28,049 nucleotides of DNA, taken from positions 83,541,344 through 83,569,392 of the forward strand of contig NC_057711.1 of NCBI RefSeq assembly GCF_004010195.1. The letters are read 5' to 3'. A model generated the notes under the pieces. The model saw nothing but the letters and a program-made list of their open reading frames with translations. It ran no database searches and had not been told where the DNA came from. The stretch comes from Chiloscyllium plagiosum (Eukaryota). Within the stretch, counting starts at the first letter, position 1. Every line of letters begins with the position of its first letter. Below, piece after piece: positions 1 to 11,370 of this stretch. Made by a program: the position numbers and the translations under genes.

Positions 1-270
1 TGTGAGGAAGAGGGAAGCAAGGCACAGTAATGTGAACCCTATTGAGGACAAGACTATTACACACAGACCCATGCACTATACAGAACACAGACCCATGCAG
101 TCCTTAATCCACGGTCATCTCGAGGCATTAGCTCACTATTTGATACACCCGCCCTCACACATCACCAAACATTTCATTAACACCAATGTGGTGGAGTCGG
201 TATTGGACTGGGGTGGACAAAGTTAAAAATCACACAACACCAGGTTTTGTCAAACAAGTTTATTCAAAGA

Positions 271-305
271 TACTAGCTTTCTGAACGCTGTTCCTTCATC
301 AGGTG
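271..305 (-). ncRNA. Degenerate minimal hammerhead ribozyme motif (family B)
   Basis: Minus strand reads cac CTGATGA a GGAAC agc GTTCA GAAA g CTA gta: conserved core, a stem II with one terminal mismatch, and an NUH triplet (CUA). Confidence 0.55.
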
Positions 306-517
306 GCTAGTGAGGCAGGATCTTAAAACACAGAATTTATAGCATAAAATTATTGTGTCGTGTCATGATGAACAAACCTAGATTGCTGTTAAATCTTTCA
401 TCTTTTAGATTAGGTTGCAGGTTTTGATTCGACAATATGTAAATCCCAGAATTTCTATCAAGTCACATTCCCAAGATAACTGGGGTTCATGTCATATTAA
501 GGTGACCCCACTACATT

Positions 518-772
518 ATACACTCACATACACACTCACACACAAGCACACATACACACACCCCCACCCTTATATTCTCACACACTCACACAGACCATCT
601 CTCATACACACGCTCTCTCTGAGACACACACATTCACCTCCCCACCTCACACCCACATGCACACCCTCACACAGACTTATATTCCATCACACTCATGCAC
701 ACACAAGTGTGCACACACACATGTGCATGCATGCACACACTCACTGTCCCTCACATGCATGCACACACACAT
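518..772. repeat. Degenerate (CA)n-rich low-complexity tract
   Basis: Interrupted cacaca/ctca runs inside the Penelope-like fragment. It explains the His/Thr-rich ORF 415..789. Confidence 0.9.
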
Positions 773-1384
773 ATAAGTCTATGGGGTGAACTTACATTCG
801 CAGAATTGTAGTTGCAGGTATATTCTATTTTGCTCACAAAGCATACAATCTACAGGCAGTCAATGGAGGCAGCAATCCATGTGACATTTTATAAATTCCT
901 ACTTTGGAAATAGAACCAGTCTGACTCAAGACTGGAATACAGACAGACTCTAACCTCACACCTTTAATACGGTGTCTGAGCTGAGATGCCACTTTTTTTT
1001 ATAAAACCTTAAGTTATCTTGGGAACATCACTATGGACACCATGTTTCTCTTGCTTCCATGTGCTGTGGCAGCCTCTCAATGCATACACTGATCCATGAT
1101 ACATCCGGTGTGAACATGCAGTTAGACATCATGCTCGTCCAACTACATTCGGGACAATACAAAGATTCAAACAAACAGATATAGTGCAACATCAATAAAA
1201 TTTATCCAAATGTGATACTTTAAATACAGTGTACTGAACTGCATTCAAAATTTTTGTTATTTCATTCTCTTCCATTATGTCTTCGTGTACTTGCAAGCTC
1301 TGCAGCTGGAGTGGAGAGAATATGCCCCGCAGTGGAGTCCATTGGACCTGGAGGCATGGTCGAGCAACAAGGAGAGCATTTATG

Positions 1385-1610
1385 TCGAGAGATTGCACAG
1401 ACCTGGGTGATTACCTCATTCCAAACTGCCAGGATCTGCTGTTGTGGTCTCCTCTGCCAGTCTTCTGGAAGGAGGTTATCCCATTCACCAGGACCTCCAA
1501 CACCATTGTCTCTTCTCCAACATCTTCTCAATGAATGTCCCAGACTGAGAAGGGAAGTTTTGGAATGCTGCTGTAGTCTGGGTGCACAGTTTCCTTTTAA
1601 AATGGAACAG
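1385..1610 (-). mobile_element. Probable Harbinger-type Myb/SANT-like DNA-binding gene remnant (frameshifted)
   Basis: Minus strand gives KGNCAPR..., then LEVLVNG (ttg gag gtc ctg gtg aat ggg) in one frame and NLLPEDWQRRPQQQILAVWNEVITQVCAISR in another. This matches the pattern APRF..LEVL...V....LFP...RRP......W.EV...VSA of Harbinger Myb/SANT proteins as I recall it. Confidence 0.45.
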
Positions 1611-1767
1611 GCACCATGCTTGCTGGTCTTTTCCAACAATAGCATATGGAAAGCTCAAGCTAGAATTGGCACCATAGGGACAGGGTAGATAACAAATGAG
1701 ATAGTTTGGTAAGATAGTTCAAAAGACATTTCCATGCCCCACAGCCTGAGACTGCGTCTGTAATCAA

Positions 1768-2947
1768 AGAGTCATAGAGTCAGGGAGCTGTACTGCACAG
1801 AAACAGACTCTTTGGTCCAACTCATCCATGCTGACCAGATATCCTAAATTAATCTAGTCCCATTTGCCAGCATTTGGGCCATATTCCTTGAAACCCTTAC
1901 TATTCATATACCCATCCAGATATCTTTTAAATGTTGTCATTGTACCAGCCTCCACCACTTCTTCTGGAAGCTCATTCCATACACGCACCACCCTCTGTGT
2001 GAAAATGTTGCCCCTTAGGTCCCTTTTAATTCTTTCCCCACTCATCTTAAACTCATGCCCTCTAGTTTTGGACTCACCCACCCTGGGAAAAGACCTCCTA
2101 TCCATTGTCCCTCTATAAGGTCACCCCTCAGCCTCCAATGCTCCAGGGAAAACAGCCCCAGCCTCAGCCTCTCTCTATAGCTAAAAACCTCCAATCCTGG
2201 CAACATCTTTTTCTGAACCCTTTCAGGTTTCACAACATCCGTCCTAACAGGGAGACCAGAGTAGCATACAGCATTCCAAAAGTGGCCTAATCAACATCCT
2301 GTACAGCCGCAACATGACCTCCCAACTCCTGGGAGAGAGTCAGGACTGCAGATACTGGACATCAGAGTCAAAAAGTGTGGCACGGGAAAAGCACAGCAGG
2401 TCAGGCAGCATCTGAGGAGCAGGAGAGTCAATGTTTTGGGAATAAGCCCTTCATCAGAAATGTAGTCAATGCACTGACCAATAAAGACAAGCATACCTAA
2501 TGTCTTCTTCAAAACCTTGTCTATCTGCAATTCCACTTTCAAGAATTATGAACCTGCACTCTAAGGTACCTTTGTTCAGCAACACTCCCGAGGTCATTAC
2601 CAATAAGTGTATAAGACTGCACTGATTTTCCATTCCAAAATGCAGCACCTCACATTTACCTAAATTAAACTCTATCTGCCACTGACTTCCCCATTGGCCT
2701 ATCTGATCAAGATCCTGTTGAACACTGAGGTAATCTTCTTTGCTGTCTGCTGCATCTCTAATTTTGACATCATCTGTAAACTATATGTCCTATGTTCACC
2801 TCCAAATCATTGATATAAATGACAAAAAGCAGTGAACTCAGCACCAATCTTAGTGGCACACCACTGGTCACAGGCCTCCAGTCTGAAAAGTAACCTTCCA
2901 CCCACCACCCTCTGTCTTCTACCCTTGAGCCAATTCTGTATCCAAAT
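1768..2947 (-). mobile_element. CR1/HER1-type LINE, 5'-truncated 3' fragment
   Basis: Minus-strand ORF pieces: WIQNWLKGRRQRVV, ERVQKKMLPGLEVFSYRERL.LGLFSLE..RLRGDLIE, and SKTRGHEFK..RGNIFTQRVVRVWNELPEEVVEAGTMTTFKRYLDGYM. It ends in an octamer-type tail (agagtcatagagtca at 1768-1782). Interrupted at 2332-2460. Confidence 0.92.
2332..2460 (-). mobile_element. Short Penelope-derived element (family A), single arm, inserted in CR1
   Basis: Shares gaggactgcagatgctgga..gaaaagcacagcaggtcaggcagcatc..agcccttcatcag with six other copies in the window. It splits the CR1 sequence ctcctg|tagtcaatg. Its hammerhead core is decayed. Confidence 0.85.
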
Positions 2948-3733
2948 CTTTAGTTTTAGACTTTGCAACCAGGGAAAGTAAATCCTCAGCACCTATCTAA
3001 CAAGCATTTAGCTGTCCTAATCTTCAGCACATAGAATCAATCTAACTATTGTCTCTTATTGGACAACCCTGAATCAATGTAGTCAATATTCATGTTACCA
3101 TCTTTAAGGTATATCAATTCTTCCTGAAGAGAGTAAAGTCAAAACAGTGCATAGTAGTCCACCTTAACTGGCACATGAAAGAGTGAACAACTTGTGGGTG
3201 TTAGCAAGAAGGGGCTCTTGTATTAACAAATGTAGCTTATTGCATGATAGCAGCTAGGCACAAGTTACATTGGCAAGGTAGACATTATTATTAAAACTAT
3301 ATTGGAACATTGCTGAAACATTTGCTCCCTTCAAGATCCAGAGCTAATTTCCTGATTTCCCAAACCAAGGCTGTATGATGTTATCAGATTGGATGATGAT
3401 AATGCAGTCTCCGGCATTAATCTTTACAGAATCATTACTTATACATCACACCAGATAGGATGAAATATGCAGCAGCTGTGGATGACCTTGTGAGATCATA
3501 GACAGACTGAAATGGCCACATACAGATCAAACTGCAGATTGTATAGAAAACACATTCACTGCAAAATGATATGCAGAACAAAGAAATAGATGGGAAATGA
3601 GTTATCCAAGACAGAACAATTGAGCAAATGAGAAGTGAAAAGAGCCAAAGTACCCAAGCTCTGGAAGTTGTCAATGGGTTTGAGGATGCAATAGACATAT
3701 GAACTATATAACAGCATCAAATGACTCACTGTA

Positions 3734-4344
3734 TGTTATGGACTAGATAAACTCCCACAAAATATATTAGGAAGATATCAAGACCCAACTTTTGTTTTAT
3801 TTTTAAAGGTTTTGTGTTCTGGATGCAATTGAATTAGTTAAATGTACCAGGCTTGAATCAAAACAAACTATTCTTACACAATAGGTAAAAGAGAAACAAA
3901 AGGAAGAAGAATTAGAATAACTTAATTCTATTGGAAAAATTAGCTGAAGAATAAATTATTATAAACAGCAACTGTTCCAATATAGTAACACACCAAAAAC
4001 ACCACTGGCAAAGGGCAAATTCAGTAAAAGATATTGTCTCACGTGCAATTCTCGTAGCAAGAAGAGAACCCAAGCTTTTAACTGTAACAGACAGAGGAAT
4101 ACCAGCTTCCACATTTAACTTCAAAACCTCAGCAACTGCTGAAAACTAAAACTAAAATTCTGGTTCTATGGGAGCTTGACCCCACCCATTTGTGCTGCTT
4201 CTATTGTTCCAATTAAAAATAAAACGCAAGGCCTCACAAGCTGTTTAATTTATTAGCTTGATCAGACTGCTCAGCACCCCTGTCTCTACCTCTCTTCATT
4301 AAAATAAAGAACAAAATACACCTCTTAAAGCCATTGTGTCATCA
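3734..4344 (-). mobile_element. Solo LTR (related to 7118-8057)
   Basis: TG...CA ends. Diverged colinear similarity to 7118-8057 (ctgttccaatatagtaa, ggcaa..agg.aaatt, gctgcttc.attgtt.caa, ctcttaaag). The TSD is imperfect (gta on both sides). Strand is inferred weakly. Confidence 0.6.
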
Positions 4345-5622
4345 GTATTACTCAGTCTACAACATTAATCAGCAAACAGAAATTCAGAGAGTAAGAAATA
4401 AATCCCTACCCATAATTCTGAAACTGGAGCTTGACATCAAAGCACAGAGTAAAATTGTCTTGTTCTGATAATAGCAAAGAATCTTTCCTCAAATGGATGT
4501 CAAGGACAGCTCAGAAACTGAGCAATGTCATGCTAACTGCATATGGGAAGCTGAAATTCAATAGCTAGGAATTTCAAAAAAATCAATTGAACCCTCAAAG
4601 GAAAGGATGATAACTGTACGTCCTTCACCACTGAGCCCCAAGCTATATCCAATTCATTCTAGAAATCATACAATGTTTTGGCTTTAACCACCTTTTGTGG
4701 TAATGAATTCCATAGGCTCACAATTCTCTGGGTGAAGACTTTCCTCCTCATCTTAGTCTTAAATGGTTTACCCTGTATCCTTAGACTGTGACCACTGACT
4801 CCAGATTCTCTAGTCATTAGAAACTTTTTCCTATATCTACCTTGTTGAGTACTATTAGAATTTTACATACTTCTATGACACTCCCCCCATTCTTTTGATT
4901 CCAACAAATATAATCTGAAAGGATTCAACCTCTCCTCATATTTCAGTCCTGTCATCCCAGGAATCAGTCTGGTAAACCTTTGCTGCTCTCCCTCTACATC
5001 AAGAACATCCTTCCTCAGGTAAAGAGACCAAAGCTGCACACAATAATCTAGGAGTTGTCTCAGTGAGGCCTTGAGTAATTGCAGCAATCTCTGCTTCTAC
5101 ACTCAAGCCTTCTTACTATGAAGGCCAGCAAACCATGTGCCTTCTTCATCATCTGCTGCACCTGCATGCTTACCTTCAGTAACTGGTTTATAAGAACATC
5201 GACATCTTGTTGTACATTCCCTTTTCTTATTTTATGACCAGTCAGATAATAATCTGCCTTCCTAGTTTGCTGCCAAAGAGGATAACAACACATTTATCCA
5301 CTTGATGCTGCATCTGCCATGCAATTTCTCACTAACTCAGCTTGGCCAAATCACACTGAAGCATCGAAGCATCTCTGTATCCTCCTCACCGCTTACCCTG
5401 CCACCAACTTTGTGTTGCTTTCAAATTTGGAAATATTACATTTAGTTCCTTCATTGAAATCATTAATAGATTTTTTGAATCGCTGGGGTCCTAGCACTGA
5501 TTCCTGCAGTACCCCGCTAGTCACTGCTTGCCATTTGGAAAAAGACCCATTTATTCCTACTCTTTGATTTTTGTCTGCCAGTCAGCCTTTCATCCTTCAC
5601 AATACATTACCGTGAATCAAAT

Positions 5623-6331
5623 TGGGAGACATGGTGGCTCAGTGGTTAGCGCTGCCGCCTCACAGCGTCAGTGACCCGGTTTCGATTCCACCCTTTGGTG
5701 ACTGTGTGGAGTTTGCACATTCTCCCTGTGTCTGCATGGATTTCCTCCAGAGACTTTGATTTCCTCCACAATCCAAAGATGTGCAGATTAGGTGGATTGG
5801 CCAAGCCAAATTACCCATAGTGCCCAGGAACGTGCAGGCTAGGTGGATTGGCCAAGCTAAATTACCCATTGTGTCCAGGAATGTGCTGGCTAGGAGGATG
5901 GGCCAAGCTAAATTACCCATAGTGTCCAAGAATGTGCAGACTAGGAGGATGGGCCAAGCTAAATTACCCATAGTTTCCTCCACAATCCAAAGATGTGCAG
6001 ATTAGGTGGATTGGCCAAGCCAAATTACCCATAGTGCCCAGGAACGTGCAGGCTAGGTGGATTGACCAAGCTAAATTTCCATAGTGTTCAGGAACGTGCA
6101 GACTAGGAGGATGGGCCAAGCTAAATTACCCATAGTGTCCAAGAATGTGCAGACTAGGTGGATTGGCCAAGCTAAATTGCCCATTGTGTTCAGGAATGTG
6201 CAGGCTAGGTGGATTGGCCATGGGAAATGGATGGTTAGAGGTATGGGGTGGGATACTGTTCAGAAGTTGAGTGTGGACTTGATGGGCTGAATGGCCTGCT
6301 CCCACACTATAGGGATTCTATGATTCTATGA
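5623..6331 (+). mobile_element. HE1-type tRNA-derived SINE with expanded internal tandem array
   Basis: A box (tggctcagtgg), B-box-like ggtttcgattcc, core tgtgtggagtttgcacattctcc and CR1-like tail (ttctatga)2. Homologous to 26281-26600. Confidence 0.9.
5760..6222 (+). repeat. 51-bp minisatellite (9 units, last partial) with 214-bp higher-order duplication
   Basis: Units gtgcagRYtaggWggatKggccaagctaaattacccatagtgtccaRgaaY start at 5781, 5832, 5883, 5934, 5995, 6046, 6096, 6147 and 6198. The leader tttcctccacaatccaaagat recurs at 5760 and 5974. Confidence 0.95.
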
Positions 6332-7117
6332 AATCTCACATGTTTCAATGTTACAAATTAAGCTCTTGTGTGTGATTTTGTTAATTCCTTCTGAAAGTCC
6401 AAATAAACCACATCCATTGGTTCCCCTTCATCAACTCTACTAGTTACATCCTTAAAGAATTCTAATAGATTTGTGAAGCATGATTTCCCATGTGCAAATC
6501 CATGTTGACCCTATCCAATACTGTCACTGCTTTCCAAGTCTCAGCTAATAATTCTTTTATAAGGGCCTTGAGCATTTTATCCAATTAGGCTGACTGGTAT
6601 ATAATTCCTGGTTTTCTCTTTGCTTCCCTTCTTTAATAAATTACATTTGCTGACATCCAAACAGTAGAAACTGTTCCTAAATCTATGGAATCTTAGAAGA
6701 AGACCACCAATGCATCCATTATTTCTAGGGACACCTCCTTAAATACACTAGGAAGTAGATTATCGGGACCCGGGGATTTATTAGCCTTCAGTCCCATCAA
6801 TTTTTACAGCAACATTTCCCTCTGCATATTTTGGAGATGCCGGTGTTGGACTGTATATTGATTTCCTTCAGTACCTTCGTCTCATTCAACCTGTATTCCC
6901 CAACATTTCTGGTATGTTACTTGTGTCCTTTTTTTGTGAACGCGTAACTAAACTTAGTTGGTATTGAGTTAGTATTTAGTTGGTCAGCCATTTCTTTGTT
7001 CCCCATTATAAATTCTGCTTTTCTGACCGGAAGGGAACTATATTGTCTTCAACAACCTTTTTCTCTTCTCATGCGTATAGAACATTTTAGCCAGAGTTTT
7101 GTTCCCCCCAGGCTTAC

Positions 7118-8057
7118 TGTAATGGATCAGACCAAACCTCCATTTTGAAAAGGTAGCTCAGACCCTAACTTTTCCTTGTTTTAAAGGCAGATGTGAAGTG
7201 CTGTGTTCCAGATGTGATGTGACTGGTCAAACTATTCAATGTTAAGCAAAACACAATTTACTTGACAGAGTATTGAGTACAGGAGTTGGGAGGTCATGTT
7301 GCGGCTGTACAGGACATTGGTGAGGCCACTGTTGGAATATTGCGTGCAATTCTGGCCTCCTTCCTATCGGAAAGATGTTGTGAAACTTGAAAGGGTTCAG
7401 AAAATATTTGCTTGCAACATTTAAAAGGCATTTGGATGGGTATATGAATAGGAAGTGTTTGGAGGGATATGGGCCGGGTGCTGGCAGGTGGGACTATATT
7501 GGGTTGGGATATCTGGTCGGCATGGAGAGGTTGGACCAAAGGGTCTGTTTCCATGCTGTACATCTCTATGACTCTATGACTCTAAAATGCAAACAACAGA
7601 AAGACGAATTTGGAATAACTTAATGATTGGAAAACTTAACTGAATATTAGAGACAGTACTATTCCTAATTAGCTGTTCCAATATAGTAATATCCCATAAA
7701 CACACCCCTTGGCAACAAGGAAAATTGAGAAAAAGACTCACATGCAGTTTTCCAATTGGAAAAAAACATCAAGAGAAATTTCAGAAGAATTAGCAGCTAA
7801 GAGACATTCACTGAAGCTTCCAGCTCTTTTAGGACACAAAGGCCTCTGCTTAAAACTAAACCTAAGAACCAAAAAAAAATAGAAAGCCTGGTCTGAGAGA
7901 ATTATCCACGTCCAGGCTGCTTCCATTGTTACAACTTTAAAAAACACCAAACCACACAAATCGTTTGCTTTCTTAAAGAAAGCTCATTACTTCTGCCTTA
8001 CAATCTCTCTTGAATAAAAAGGACAAAATAAACTCTTAAAGTAACAGCACCATCTCA
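7118..8057 (-). mobile_element. Solo LTR with 4-bp TSD, carrying a nested CR1 fragment
   Basis: Starts TG (7118), ends CA (8057), flanked by ttac at 7114-7117 and 8058-8061. It interrupts the CR1 at 4650-8710. Strand is inferred weakly. Confidence 0.8.
7268..7584 (+). mobile_element. Young CR1/HER1-type 3' fragment with internal deletion
   Basis: Encodes IEYRSWEVMLRLYRTLVRPLLEYCVQFWPPSYRKDVVKLERVQK then jumps to ATFKRHLDGYMNRKCLEGYGPGAGRWD. Tail ctctatgactctatgactcta. Same family as 1768-2947. Confidence 0.92.
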
Positions 8058-9714
8058 TTACTCTTGTACTCTATGCTCTACCTTTTACTGAATCCCTTTG
8101 TCCTTCTTTGCTGAATTCAAAACTGCTCCCACTCTCAAGTCTGTTTTTTTAAAGGCCAATTTGTATGTCTCTTCCTTGGATCTAATACTATCTTTAATTT
8201 CCCTCACAAGCCATGGGTTGGCCTCCTTTCTCATTTTACTCTAGCACTAGAAAAGGATGAACAATTGTTGCATTTCGTGCATTCGCTCTTTGAATGTTTG
8301 CCATTGCTTTCCACCATCATACTTTTAAGAAGGTTTCCTCAATTTATCAAAGCCAACTCACACATCATACCATCATAATATCCTCTATTTAGATTCAGCA
8401 CCCAAGTCACAGAATCAATGCCAGTCTCCAACTTGATGAATAATTCTACCCTATTATGTCCACTCATCCCCAAGGGGCCTCAAACAACTAGATTGCCTTT
8501 TTTTTCTCATTACACAATACCCCAGTCTGGGAGGTCCTGATCTTTTGTTGGTTCCTCAATATTTTGGTCTGGAAAACTATCCTGCATACATTCCAGGAAA
8601 TCCTCTTCCACCATTTTTTATTTGCATGTGTCTCTAATTTCCTGTTTAATGCTATTCTCAACATCATCCCTACGGTTTGAGGATCGACATACAATGCCCA
8701 CTAATGTTTTAGGAATATCTGGTACAAAAGTATCCAGGCTGTTTTGATAAGATGGTCAGATGCTTTGAATACTTTGGGTACCATGACACAGTCGACCCAG
8801 AAAAACCAGTGACTCATCCCCAATGTACAGTATTGATTAAACTAAATGTTAAGCTTGAAAAAGGACTCCATAAGATGGAAGAAAAATAGGGTGATCACCA
8901 CAGTAAAAGAGCCTTTGGATTAAGTTAATCATTGTGGTGAAAGAGAAGCCAAATGGATGGCTAAGAATTTGTCTAGATCCCAATGATTTTCATCAAGGAA
9001 TAAATAGCAATTACTATCTTCTTGCAAAGTGGAAGAGATCACACCAGGACTGCAAGGAGCAAAATATTTCATCAAACTTGATGCCAGCAATGGGCTTGAA
9101 CATCAAGCTTGATGAAGAATTCTCACTGTTGGAAACATTCTGTACATCTTTTAGTTTGTTCAATCTCCTGGGACAAAGGACACAAAGGATGAAAATGAGC
9201 AATAGGTACACCTAACAATGCTCACATCTATAGTGTAGATGATTAATATCGTGAATACCACAGGAATGTTAGGATCGAACAAAATGCTGACAATTGCATT
9301 GTGAAAGTGCGAGAATGCTGGTTTTACAAATTTTGTCCCAGATCCTGAAAATGTCACAACTTTTCCGACTAATTTATCACTTCATCCTTAAATCCAATTG
9401 GATCTCATCTTGTGTGGCACCCTTGTTCAATGTATATTAGTTGCTAATATACATTAGTTGCTAATAGATGCTAATCCAATGGTTTCCCATTACCTTGCCT
9501 CTTATGCATAGTCAAGAAACTTGAACAAATTTGTCAGAAATTGGTTGTCTTTCATTAAATCATGCTGACCCTGCCTCGTCATATTTTGATCTTCTATTTG
9601 CTTACTTAAAACTTTGTTAAAAATAGATTACAGCATTTTCCCAATGACTATTGTCAGACTAGCTTCCCTCTTGTCTATCTCCCTCATTTCTTGAATCACC
9701 ATGTTCAATTAGAA

Positions 9715-9830
9715 GCTTCAGATTTTTTTAGTCAACCCATTCAGATGTGCTATGACATACCACAGCTGGAACTTGAGCCCAGGATTTCAGGGTTAAAGGT
9801 AAGAACATTGCCACGGTGCCACAACAGCCC
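9715..9830 (-). mobile_element. Degenerate tRNA-derived SINE head
   Basis: Minus strand reads gggctgttgtggcaccgtggcaatgttc...cctgggctcaagttcc, resembling A/B-box spacing. Flanked on the left by decayed CR1-like sequence (about 9460-9710). Confidence 0.4.
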
Positions 9831-9899
9831 CTCAATAAGCAGTTTGACTTGATTAAAGTGCAATTATTGTGGTTACTTAATGTCATCATTGATTAATTT

Positions 9900-10330
9900 T
9901 TTTTCCTAACTTTAATCATTCCATTCGCTATGCCAGCCTATTGCTGATTGCTGTTGAAGGTGCTGACAAACTGCCTTCTTGAATTGTTCTTGGTCTTGTG
10001 CTGCATACACAGTCACAGAACTCTTCGGGAGGGAATACCAAGACTTTTACTCTTAATAGTAGAGAAATGGCAATAAAGTTGAGATGATGGTGTTCCTATG
10101 TATCTACTGTTCTCATTTTCCTGGATGAAAGAAGGAATAAGTTTGTAAAATACTGTCAATTAAGTTGCAATAGTGGATCTTGTAGATGGTACACTCTATA
10201 GTTATGTGGCATCAGATAGCAAGAATGAATGTTAAAGGTATTAATTCGGGTGCCATTCATATGGGTTGCTTCATCCTAAGTGATGTTGAAGTTGTTGGCT
10301 AATGTTAGCGCTGCAGTCATTCACACAAAT
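9900..10330 (-). mobile_element. Old CR1-clade LINE 3' end (same family as 24770-25060)
   Basis: Diverged colinear similarity to 24770-25060 (gccagc.t.tt.., ggag/ggaat..ccaaga.tttt, ggt.ttcc.at.t). Confidence 0.5.
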
Positions 10331-11020
10331 AGAGAAGACGGAATGGACTGAGACTGATAGACTGCTCATTGTTGAACATTGATCTGAGAGGATCTGCAAG
10401 GGTTAATACTGAAAAGTGCTGTAAGCATCACTTGCTGTGATGATGTCATTTAGACTTGTGGGCACAACAGCTAAGGATCTCAAGAGTGAGACCTAACATC
10501 TGGTTCTCATCAAAGTCTCTGTAACAATGTTTCACATCTCAATGTAACTTGTGACTAGCTGCTAACATGCAAAATCCTACATCTTACTGACTACAACAGA
10601 CTCCTCTAGTTCGACCAGCAAGTGATTTTTGTCCACCACAAAGGAGAGGCAGTAGTAGGAGTTATATTCCTCTACCCTAAGGGGATGGTGGCAGCAAATG
10701 TCACTGTGAGCAGTAGCTTCCCATGAAACAGATGGATGGCATCAACAAACTTGCCTGGCAAAAGAAAAAGTGGGTGAGCATGAAGATGAAAATTGACCTC
10801 CTAAAGACAGTTGATGAGTCGTCAATGTTGAACCAGCATAGTATGCCTTAAAGAGCAATATCCCCATAAATAGGTAAACAGAAACATGCTAAGGAAGATG
10901 TAAAAGGTTTGATGTTTATTTTTACAGAAAAAAATAGAGTAGATGTAGACCAATGATATATTTTTGTCAGATATAAACACTTCTTTTGGTTATCCAAAGT
11001 ATCTCATCAGTACTCATTTA

Positions 11021-11370
11021 GGAGAACTAGTTGTTTAGTGGTAATGTCACTAGACTAGTAATGCATAGACACAGACTAATGTTCTGATGGGTTCAAATGA
11101 GTTCCAACCTCACCCTAGCAGATAGTGATGTCAATAATCTCTAGTATGAAGAAAGGTTAATCTAATAGTAATGATGTATTATATATGTCAAACAAAACTG
11201 GTTCACCAATGGCCTTGATGAAAGAAAATCTGTCATCCTTACCTGGTCTACATATGATGCCAGACTCACATTAAGGTGGCTGAGTTTTAACTGCTACTTG
11301 AAATGGGTAATTATGTTTGGACAACAAATATTGGCCTTGGTGTGCCCCACATACCCATGTAATAAAATGA
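11021..11370 (+). mobile_element. Old tRNA-derived SINE with LINE-derived tail
   Basis: Head tagtggtaatgtcactagactagtaat..gggttcaaat, body tggttcaccaatg..aaatctgtcatccttacctggtct, tail caacaaatattggcc..cccacat.cccatg..aataaa, which resembles the reverse complement of the LINE end at 24770-24830. Confidence 0.6.

Larger units (their letters stand above)
185..1025. mobile_element. Penelope-like element (family B) 3' region with internal inversion
   Basis: 185-481 is the reverse complement of the terminus seen on the + strand at 21700-21916 (tgttgtgtga..ttt..aa..tttgtc..cccagtccaa). 482-1025 is the upstream part in + orientation. The junctions share a 14-bp inverted overlap: ttcccaagataact (468-481) and agttatcttgggaa (1012-1025). 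It carries a hammerhead core on the minus strand. Confidence 0.7.
4650..8710 (-). mobile_element. Older CR1-type LINE ORF2 fragment (about 2.4 kb net), interrupted
   Basis: Minus-strand remnants LLDYCVQLWSLYLRKDVLDVEGEQQRFTRLIPGMTGLKYEERL (4863-5087) and RVGINGSFSKWQAVTSGVLQESVLGP (about 5490-5565). It continues at 6332-7117 and 8058-8710 around the SINE and solo LTR. Confidence 0.85.
3430..9350 (+). mobile_element. Highly degenerate Ty3/Gypsy internal remnant, fragmented by later insertions
   Basis: Protease-like piece at about 4410-4570 (LKLELDIKAQ..LTAYG, decayed KLDTGA..LTAYG). RT piece at about 8710-9330 (VVKEKPNGWLRICLDPNDFHQGINSNYY, VEEITPGLQGAKYFIKLDASNG, IKLDEEFSLLETFCTSF, VDD). The pieces are colinear on one strand. 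The 5' boundary and gag assignment are uncertain. Confidence 0.7.

Noticed and set aside
61..99. Small direct duplications (acacagacccatgca twice; also attagttgctaata twice near 9436-9466)
   Set aside because: Ordinary slippage-scale duplications with no further structure.
415..789. His/Thr-rich 124-aa ORF
   Set aside because: It is the translation of a CA-rich low-complexity tract within a repeat.
3098..3123. Minus-strand micro-exon (tttactctcttcag|EELIYLKD|gtaaca)
   Set aside because: Isolated, with no supporting neighbouring exons; such matches are expected by chance.
5781..6222. CRISPR-like regular array and repetitive ORFs 5660..5983, 5781..6005 and 6084..6290
   Set aside because: Units are contiguous with no unique spacers, lie inside a SINE, and no cas genes are present. 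The ORFs arise because the unit is 17 codons long.
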